Of a stretch of 8,969 nt of DNA, positions 1-7,004 are shown one piece after another. The position numbers were made by a program, and so were the translations under genes. A model generated the notes under the pieces. That model was not told the DNA's origin. It saw nothing but the letters and a program-made list of their open reading frames with translations, and searched no databases. Source of the stretch: Octopus sinensis (Eukaryota); NCBI RefSeq assembly GCF_006345805.1, contig NW_021828214.1:1-8969 (forward strand), in the 5' to 3' direction. The stretch's first letter is position 1; each line of letters begins with the position of its first letter.

Positions 1-240
1 ATATATATATATATATGTTTGTACGTATAATTTGCATGTGTGCGCGAGCGTTATCTTGTATGCATGTGTGTTTCTGTTTGTATATACGTGTATATGTATA
101 TGTTTGTATGTATGTATGTATATATGTGTGTGTTGTGTGTAATTGTACATATATTTACATGTGTATGTGTGCGCGAGCATCATTTCCTATGCGTGCATGT
201 CTCTGTGTGTATATGTGTATATTTCAAATAGCGTGTCGGT
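1..240. repeat. Degenerate (TA)n/(TG)n low-complexity tract
   Basis: Pure (AT)n at 1-16, then interrupted TATG/TGTG/TACG runs. The C/V/Y/M-rich ORFs here are read-through of this repeat. Confidence 0.9.
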
Positions 241-253
241 GATTTTTGTGAAA

Positions 254-300
254 ATATCTAATATCTATATCTAATATCTATATCTAATATCTATATCTAA
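254..300. repeat. 13-bp tandem repeat (ATATCTATATCTA) x3 plus partial unit
   Basis: Exact units at 261-273, 274-286 and 287-299, preceded by a partial unit ATATCTA at 254-260. Confidence 0.9.
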
Positions 301-343
301 ACTGTCTGATGAACGGCAACGAGAAACTCAGAGTCACAGATTT
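299..343 (+). ncRNA. Putative minimal type I hammerhead ribozyme (Penelope-like element / retrozyme type), possibly inactivated
   Basis: Stem I CTGT(302-305)/ACAG(336-339). Core CTGATGA(306-312). Stem II CG-GCAA-CG(314-321) closed by an A313.A322 mismatch. GAAA(323-326). Stem III A-CTC-a-GAG-T(326-334). Cleavage triplet GTC(333-335). Confidence 0.7.
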
Positions 344-365
344 TGTTGAATTTTCTGCTGCTTTA

Positions 366-371
366 AATAAA
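366..371 (+). promoter_or_regulatory. Possible polyadenylation signal downstream of the hammerhead motif
   Basis: AATAAA about 30 nt 3' of the predicted cleavage site, just before a (TA)n run. The hexamer is common in AT-rich DNA, so support is weak. Confidence 0.25.
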
Positions 372-922
372 GTATATAATATATATATTATATATATATA
401 TACATACATGTACATATGTGTGCAGAAATCTACATGTATATGTGTGTGCCAACGTTATTTTGTATGTGAACGTGCGTGTCTCTGTGTGTATGTACGTGTA
501 TTTGAGGGAGTAATGGGCGATTTTGAGAAAATATCTATAGATGTGGATGAAAATGTATTTGTATATATATGTGAATATGTGTATATGAATGTATGTTTAC
601 ATGTGTATGTGTACATACATATATATATATATGTTTATCTGTGGAGATGCATACGTGTATGTGGATGTATATGGGATTATGCGTGTGTTTGCATGTGTGC
701 GTGTGAATATGGGCGTGTACGTGCTGATGGTTCCGCGCTTATGTGTATATGTTTATACAAGATGATCTATATGCATATACGAGTGTATGTCTAGTTGATA
801 TATGTATACGTATGTGTATGTCTATATGTGTGTGCGTGCGTGTATGTGCATGGAAGCGTATGTGTGTGTCTATGTGAGTATATAAATGTATATATATATA
901 CATACATACATATATATATAAT

Positions 923-933
<11 letters not shown>
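372..933. repeat. Degenerate (TA)n/(TG)n/(TACA)n low-complexity tract
   Basis: Interrupted dinucleotide runs throughout; no protein-like translation in the supplied ORFs. Confidence 0.85.
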
Positions 934-999
<66 letters not shown>

Positions 1000-1000
1000 C

Positions 1001-1031
<31 letters not shown>

Positions 1032-1033
1032 AT

Positions 1034-1078
<45 letters not shown>

Positions 1079-1132
1079 AGATGATAGAAGATAGAATAAT
1101 AGATAGATAGATAGATAATAGATATATAGATA
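934..1132 (+). repeat. (AG)n followed by (GATA)n microsatellite
   Basis: (AG)n at 934-956, then a long interrupted GATA array at 955-1132. Confidence 0.95.
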
Positions 1133-1895
1133 TGGTGGCTGCCCCCTCGTTATCGAGTATGGCCATTGCACGAAGCTTAATCAATATTGTTATCGTGCAA
1201 TGCCTGTGCAAGAAGATTTTTTTTTAAGTGAGGAAAAGCTGTGCACAGAGTCAATCCCTCTCACTAAGCAACAGCAGCCATAATCCGAAAAGAAGAACAA
1301 GTCAACATCATCGGTAACCACTGAGCCGCAGGTTTTATGTCGGAGTTATCCCAGTTACCTGAGTTACCTTCTTCTAGAAGGATGCTCTAATAAAGGCAAT
1401 GGTTTAACCACGAGATCGGGTATTCAGTCCGATTATTTCTATGTCCCCGTGGGATAACCTTAAGACCATTTATTGGATGGCCGTTGACTCTTCAGAGTTC
1501 CTCCGCCCTTTGAAGGGTTTTGTTTTTCATCCCGCAGGGTGTCCAATAAACACCCTCCTCACCAAGCAAGCTTGGTGGAGTTGCCGACGACCCGACCATG
1601 CAACAGGTTGTACTGGGTTACAATTTACCAGTAACACTCAATAGTAAAGTTTATTTGCCAACATAATGTGGCAGTCCTATACAAGGACGATGTTACTGTC
1701 TTTTAGCCCCAGGAAACCGTCTTTTCCTATTGGCTACCAAAACACAGTTTTTGCTCGTGTAGCATATGGAAGGGAGGGGATTGTTCCATCTCTAGCTTTA
1801 CGTGATACTCAAACACCTAGGTTTCTGAGTAGTTACTCCCCCTCAGTGTGAGACAATCACCGGCCTTTGATAGAGGCCTACACCACTTGCAAATA
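1133..1895 (-). mobile_element. Non-coding retroposon, probably a non-autonomous RTE-LINE derivative (5'UTR-like part fused to an RTE-type 3' end)
   Basis: Complex non-coding block with sharp simple-repeat borders. Its minus-strand 3' end CATACTCGATAACGAGG matches the RTE 3' end CATCGTCGACAACGACGG at 7716-7733 and runs into an (ATCT)n tail. It has many stem-loops. The segment 1480-1600 resembles RTE 5'UTRs as I recall them (unverified). Confidence 0.55.
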
Positions 1896-1907
1896 CTATA
1901 TATATAA

Positions 1908-2063
1908 GTGCAGGCATAGTTGTGTGTTGTTGCTCCTCGACCACATAGTTCCGCGTTTGGTCCCACTGCATGGAGCCTTGGGCAAGTGTCTTCTACTAAA
2001 GCCTCAGGCCAACCAAAACCTTGTGAGTGGATTTGGTAGATGGAAACGGAAAGAAAATCATCG

Positions 2064-2095
<32 letters not shown>

Positions 2096-2312
2096 ATGTA
2101 TGTGTGCGCGTGCGTGAGTATGAAAGGGTGTCTTTGTGTCTGTGTTTGTCCCCTCCACCGCCGTTTGGCAACCGGTGTAAGTGTGTTAATGTCCCCCATA
2201 ACCTAGCGGTCCGGCAATAAGTACTACGTTTGGGGTCGTTTCGTTCGACTAAGATTCTTCAAGGCGGTGCCCCAACATGGCGCAGTCTAACGACTGAAAC
2301 AAGTGACAGATA
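1908..2312 (+). mobile_element. SINE family 1 (tRNA-like head, CORE-like motif, internal TA/TG microsatellite, conserved 3' body)
   Basis: Collinear with 6592-6999 and in part with 6456-6592 and 3871-4013. CCTTGGGCAAGT at 1976-1987 resembles the CORE-SINE motif. (TA)n at ~2065-2100. Ends GACTGAAACAAGTGACAGATA. Confidence 0.8.
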
Positions 2313-2497
2313 TGGAAGCGTAAGAGAGAGCTTGTGTGTGTGCAAGAGAGAGAGACAGATAGACAGACAGAAACAACGTATGTGCACACGGGTTTGTCGG
2401 TGTTTATGTATGTATATATGTATGTGTGTACGTGCGTATGTTTCTATATTCGCTCATGTGTATACAGGCGTTTGTGCAGTTATATATGGCTGCTTAA

Positions 2498-2728
2498 GGC
2501 GGCGAGCTGGCAGAACCGTTGGCACGCCGGGCGAAATGCGTAGCCGTATTTCGTCTGCCGCTACGTTCTGGGTTCAAATTCCGCCGAGGTCGACTTTGCC
2601 TTTCATCCTTTTGGGGTCGATAAATTAAGTACCAGTTACGCACTGGGGTCGATATAATCGACTTAATCCGTTTGTCTGTCCTTGTTTGTCCTCTCTGCAT
2701 TTAGCCCCTTGTGGGCAATAAAGAAATA
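2498..2728 (+). mobile_element. SINE family 2 (tRNA-derived), full length with target-site duplication
   Basis: Head GGCGG(2498-2502) pairs with CCGCC(2581-2585). B-box GGTTCAAATTCC at 2571-2582. A-rich end AATAAAGAAATA. 15-bp TSD TATATA(T/C)GGCTGCTT at 2481-2495 and 2729-2743. A second copy lies at 6227-6455 on the minus strand. Confidence 0.88.
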
Positions 2729-2744
2729 TATATACGGCTGCTTG

Positions 2745-3311
2745 TGAGACTATTTGCAAACATACACGTGTCTTTGCATATCTGTACTTGGTATATTTTC
2801 TGTGAGCATACGTACGTTTGTGGATGTGAGTGTATATAAGTGTATGTATAAATGTGTGTTTATATGACTGAGACTTTCAAGGGTGTGTGTATATATGTGT
2901 GTATATGCGTGCTTCTGCTTGTATCAGTTTGTGTGTATGCAAGCGCTTAAGAATATTTTCGTATCTGTGTACGTACTTATATAGCTTGTTCATAAATTAC
3001 ATTTACAACTTCCTTAACGTATTGTTTCAAATTGTAAAGATAATTTATGTACTCGATGCATCTATGCCTGAGTTTCGTTTTATTTGCGTGTACGTGTGAT
3101 TTTATGCGGGTGTTTAGGTGTGTATATATGCTTTTGTGTATGTGTGTTTAATATGTGCGTATTTAGCTGCATATATCTCAATGCGTGTGTATATGTATCT
3201 ATATGTGCATTATGTGTCTGTGTAAGTATATGTGTAGATATGTACGCGTCAACATATGCGTATGTACCAGTTTGTGTATGTGCTATTGTGTGTGTGTGTG
3301 TGTGTGTGTGT
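2745..3311. repeat. Highly degenerate (TG)/(TA) tract ending in pure (TG)n
   Basis: Cryptic dinucleotide simplicity; pure (TG)n at ~3287-3311. Confidence 0.75.
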
Positions 3312-3359
3312 TACATTAAAACAATTATCGAAAATGTTGCCGACTAAATTACACAAGAT

Positions 3360-3412
3360 ATGCAAATAGGACACGTGACTGCTCGCTTCCCGTGTGGGTA
3401 ACTTCCGGCCAT
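3360..3412. promoter_or_regulatory. Candidate cis-regulatory motif cluster (octamer, E-box, ETS)
   Basis: ATGCAAAT at 3360-3367, CACGTGAC at 3372-3379 and ACTTCCGG at 3401-3408 (overlapping GCCAT), in a short non-repetitive island. Motif matches only. Confidence 0.25.
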
Positions 3413-3525
3413 CGCTTTCCAAATATCGTGTCTTTGAATTCTAAATGTTGTTATGTCGTAACTACATACATATATACACCTAATGTGAGTGACTATATAT
3501 AAGCATATACATATATATGTGTGTG

Positions 3526-3527
<2 letters not shown>

Positions 3528-3562
<35 letters not shown>

Positions 3563-3600
3563 TGATGATGATGATGATGATGATGAGATGATGATGATGA

Positions 3601-3636
<36 letters not shown>

Positions 3637-3677
3637 AATAATAATAATAATAATAACAATAATAATAAAAATAATAA
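3528..3677. repeat. Compound trinucleotide microsatellite (AAT)n-(GAT)n-(AAT)n
   Basis: AAT to 3560, GAT at 3561-3636 with two 1-nt slips, then AAT to ~3677. Source of the poly-H/I/S/Y/L pseudo-ORFs. Confidence 0.95.
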
Positions 3678-3870
3678 TCAAAGTACATATGTGTGTATAC
3701 AGAGACAAAATGTATGTGTACAGACACACACATATAGGCGGGGAAGAGAAACAGAGAGGCAAAAATAATATAATTATGTAGACAAAAGCGTATATATAAT
3801 TGTGTGTATATAAATATGTATGTTTACTTATATGTTTTTGTGCTTGCGTGCGTGTGTGTGTGACTGGGCA

Positions 3871-4013
3871 TAGCGTTTCGGCAATTGGAGAACGATAAAA
3901 TGAGTGCCAGTCAGAAATATGTATTGGTGAAGATGACATATTCGAGAAAATACTCTAATGTGGTGCCCCAGCATGGTCGCAATTTTATATCTAAATCGTG
4001 CAACAGAATAAAA
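3871..4013 (+). mobile_element. Old, diverged 3' fragment of SINE family 1
   Basis: TAGCGTTTCGGCAA..GAACGATAAAATGAGTGCCAG..GTGGTGCCCCAGCATGGTCGCA aligns to 6843-6960 and 2205-2285. Confidence 0.65.
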
Positions 4014-4035
4014 TACCTTATATTAATACACACAC

Positions 4036-4069
<34 letters not shown>

Positions 4070-4186
4070 ATCAGTTACATATTTAATTTATTGTGAGAGA
4101 AGCAAATCAGTTAAGTGGATTCAACATTATGTTTGGAAATTGCTTTTACTGTAAACGTCACGTTTAAATGGTTAAATGCTTATAGC

Positions 4187-4220
<34 letters not shown>

Positions 4221-4238
4221 AATATATATATATATAAT

Positions 4239-4271
<33 letters not shown>

Positions 4272-4467
4272 ATATATATATATTATACATATATATATAC
4301 ATACATATATATATATGCATTATATATATATACATGCACATATATATATATATATATATATATATGCATGTATAATATAATATATGTATGTGCGTATGTA
4401 TGTATACGTACATATATAAATATATGTATGTGTGTATATATATATATATATGTATGTATATATGTAT
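4187..4467. repeat. Long interrupted (TA)n microsatellite
   Basis: About 280 bp of nearly pure TA with TACA/TATG variants. Confidence 0.95.
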
Positions 4468-4551
4468 CAAACTTGTTAATAAAAGCGTTACGTTCAGTTA
4501 CTTAATAAATGAAAAAATGTATTGTAAATATACAAACGGAAAGTAAAAAAT

Positions 4552-4792
4552 GTACAACGTACACCGAGTGTCCGAGTGTACGACCGAACGGGAGACAGAC
4601 ACAGAAGGTCCTTAATTCTTCATCAGTTATCAACCAGATGGCATGACTCAGTTTCTCACCGTTAAGGATAATACTGAGAACTTCCCATGATGGAAAGTTG
4701 CGGACCGAGAGTAAACAAAACAATACAGGGTGGAGATGCGATTGTGAATAAATGTGATTCAAGACGATGGACAAAGACGGAATAAGTAAGAA
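4552..4792 (-). repeat. Unclassified repeat, copy A (inverted relative to 5447-5700)
   Basis: Its reverse complement aligns to 5447-5700 at high identity. Copy A has two short deletions and an ACACTCGG duplication. Confidence 0.9.
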
Positions 4793-4870
4793 GTTCTTAG
4801 TCTTATCATTAACGGTGCGAAACTGAGTAATACTGTCAGGTGGTTAACTGTTGAAGAATTAGGGACCTTC
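4790..4870 (+). repeat. Unclassified repeat, copy B (81-bp fragment)
   Basis: Ungapped match to 5576-5656 with about 12 mismatches in 81 nt; inverted relative to 4604-4684. Confidence 0.85.
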
Positions 4871-4927
4871 GCAACCCGTCTTATATTAACAGTAAGTTTT
4901 TTCTATATATCCGTGCGACTCCATTTC

Positions 4928-4958
4928 TTTTCTTCACCCTGTTCCTTTTCTCTCTCTG

Positions 4959-4995
<37 letters not shown>

Positions 4996-5250
4996 AGCCT
5001 TTCTCCTTTTCCTTTTCCCCTTCATCCATTCCCGAGATTTCTCTCAATCGTTCTCTCTGTCTCTCTCACTCTCTCTCACTCACTCTCTCTCTCACTCTCT
5101 CTCTCTCTCTCTCGCCCTCTCTCTCTCGCCCTCTTACTGTATTTCTAGCCTTTCTCCTTTTTCCTTTTTCCCCTTCATCCATTCCCTAGATTTCTCTCTG
5201 TCGTTCTCTCTGTTTCTCTCACTCTCTCTCACTCTCTCTTGGCCTCTCTT
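4928..5250. repeat. Polypyrimidine (CT)n tract containing a ~90-bp duplicated unit
   Basis: TTTCTAGCCTTTCTCCTTTT..CCCCTTCATCCATTCCC..AGATTTCTCTC occurs at ~4991-5081 and ~5142-5235. Confidence 0.9.
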
Positions 5251-5446
5251 TTCTCTGCCTGCTGCTGACACGTGATCCATGATCAACCCTTCTTCTTCGT
5301 CTCCCTTTTTCACACCGGTCGCCTAGCTGACCGATGGTATATGCTTTCTGTCCCACTGCCTTGCTACTTTTGTAATCCTTTAGGATGCCTTCTAAGCGTT
5401 ACCCATAATTCTTGTCTTTTTTACTCTAAGGCTATATTTCGCTCGT

Positions 5447-5700
5447 TTCTTACTTGTTCCGTCTTTGTCCATCGTCTTGAATCACATTTATTCACAATCG
5501 CATGTCCACCCTGTATTGCTTTGTTTACGCTCGATCTTATATTCTCCGCAACTTTCGCGGGCAATGCCATCATGGGAAGTTCTCAGTTTTATCATTACTG
5601 GTGCGAAACTGAGTCATACCATCTGGTTGATAACTGATGAAGAATTAAGGACCTTCTGTGTCTGTCTCCCGTCCGGTTGTACACTCGGTATCCGTTGTAC
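5447..5700 (+). repeat. Unclassified repeat, copy C (longest copy; the element may extend to ~5250-5800)
   Basis: Homologous to copies A and B. No recognisable protein motif in the frames I translated by hand. Confidence 0.85.
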
Positions 5701-6226
5701 GTTGATATCAATTAACTCAGCATCGAATCAGCGACACCAACCCTGCTACGCCAACATAGCAGCACCAAAACGGCTGAACGACAACGTCTCAGAACAGTAA
5801 AAATTAAGATAATTTTTGTCAAGTTATTTATTTAAAATGCTTTATTAAATTTTGTAAGGACATCTAAATTTTTGTATATGTTTTAAAGTTGAATCTCTCC
5901 TTGTCTGTATCTGATAAAAGCAAAAAGTGTCCACATAAATGAATTCTATATTCTTCAAAAGTAACGTTAAGTTACTAAAATAAATATGGGCATCTCAAAC
6001 AACATGGGTTTCTCAAACTGCTTTTAATTCTCGCTCCTTTTCTTTTACTAACACTTTCTCAAAGCCCTGCCCCTTTTGTTATGAGTCAATACACCTCTTC
6101 CTAATTATTTGTAACGTTACTTACGTGTAAATATCAGGCCAAAGTAATTTAGTTCCGGGTACGATTGTAGGGTGGTACAGTGACTTCTTACTCCAACACC
6201 AGCCCTACTATACGATAATGCTATAA

Positions 6227-6455
6227 ATATATATTTCTTTACTGGCCCAGAAGGGGCTAAACATAGAGGGGACAAACAAGGACAGACAAAGAGATTAAGT
6301 CGATTACATCGACACCAGTGCGAAACTAGTACTTTATTTATCGACTCCGAAAGGATGAAAGGCAAAGTCGACCACGGCGGAATTTGAACTCAGAACATAA
6401 CGGCAGACGAAATACCGCTAAGCATTTCGCCCGGCGCGCTAACGTTTCTGCCGCC
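6227..6455 (-). mobile_element. SINE family 2, second copy with damaged head
   Basis: Reverse complement is collinear with 2498-2728 (GAGTTCAAATTCCGCC..GTCGACTTTGCCTTTCATCCTTT..TAAAGAAATA). About 8 nt of the A-box region are missing and no TSD is visible. Confidence 0.88.
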
Positions 6456-6592
6456 GGCGTGACAGTATGGTAAGACGTTTTCTTACTAACCACATGGTTC
6501 AGGGTTCACTCCCACTATGGGTCTTCTACTATAGCCCCGGACTGACCAAAGACTTGTGAGTGAATTTGGTAGACGGAAACTGAAAGAAGTCC
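6456..6592 (+). mobile_element. SINE family 1, 5'-half monomer with internal deletion
   Basis: GGCGTGACAGTATGGTAAG..CCACATGGTTCAGGGTTCA..TTGTGAGTGAATTTGGTAGACGGAAACTGAAAGAAG. Lacks the CCTTGGGCAAGT segment. Confidence 0.8.
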
Positions 6593-6999
6593 AGGTTTGG
6601 CCGTGTGGTAAGAAGCTTCCTTCTCATCCACATGGTTTCTGGTTCACACCCACTGCGTGGCACATTGGTCAAGTGTTTTCTACTGTAGCCTCGGGTCATC
6701 CAAATCCTTGTGAGTGGATTTCGTAGAGGAAACTGAAAGAAACCCGTCGTGTACATATGTGTGTGTGTGTAACTTTCTGTCTGTGTTTGCCTCCCTATCA
6801 TCGCTTGACAACCGATGTTAGTATGTTTACGTCCACGTAACTTAGCGGTTAGGTCAAAGAGAACGATAGAATAAGTACCAGGCTTATAACGAATTAGTCC
6901 TGGAGGTCAATTTCTCCGACTAAAAAACCTTTTAAGGTGGTGCTCCAGCATGGCTGCAGTCTAATAACTGAAACAAATAGAAGGTAAAAGCTAAAGATA
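6592..6999 (+). mobile_element. SINE family 1, near full length
   Basis: Collinear with 1908-2312; internal (TG)n at ~6758-6770; ends AACTGAAACAAATAGAAGGTAAAAG. Confidence 0.82.
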
Positions 7000-7004
7000 C
7001 GAGC

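Noticed and set aside
240-540. Short direct repeat GATTTT(T)G(T/A)GAAAATATCTA at ~241-260 and ~519-537
   Set aside because: About 20 bp of AT-rich sequence in a low-complexity context; cannot be distinguished from a decayed local duplication or chance.
1478-1500. CTGAAGA on the minus strand (and on the plus strand at 7446)
   Set aside because: No correctly placed GAAA or stems; the 7446 instance lies inside RTE coding sequence.
2498-2585. tRNA gene
   Set aside because: Has a B-box and acceptor-like pairing but continues into a SINE body with an A-rich tail and TSD; it is a SINE head.
15-4470. ORFs rich in C/V/Y/I/M/H/S/L, including poly-H and poly-I tracts
   Set aside because: Mostly translations of TA, TG, GATA, AAT and GAT microsatellites, which lack stops in some frames; the remainder cross SINEs or the non-coding element. 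No domain-like sequence.
5600-5645. Permuted hammerhead-like words CGAAA-CTGAG-TC ... CTGATGA (also in copies A and B)
   Set aside because: Core words occur in type II order with a near-palindromic stem III. However, stem I cannot close on the core (A opposite A, two extra bases), no stem II forms (A opposite C), and copy B reads CTGTTGA. Worth a covariance-model check on the family consensus, but not supportable here.
5272-5800. ORFs 5272-5637, 5465-5800 and 4502-4774 as a duplicated gene
   Set aside because: Their similarity reflects the DNA repeat. Starts are non-ATG, indels differ between copies, and no known motif is seen. A minus-strand stretch (ELWVTLRRHPKGLQK) faintly recalls Gypsy integrase C-termini but is too weak to call.
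6120-6225. Possible continuation of the CR1-type RT (GVPQGS region) on the minus strand
   Set aside because: Only vague similarity (VPGTKLLWPDIY); diagnostic motifs are absent.
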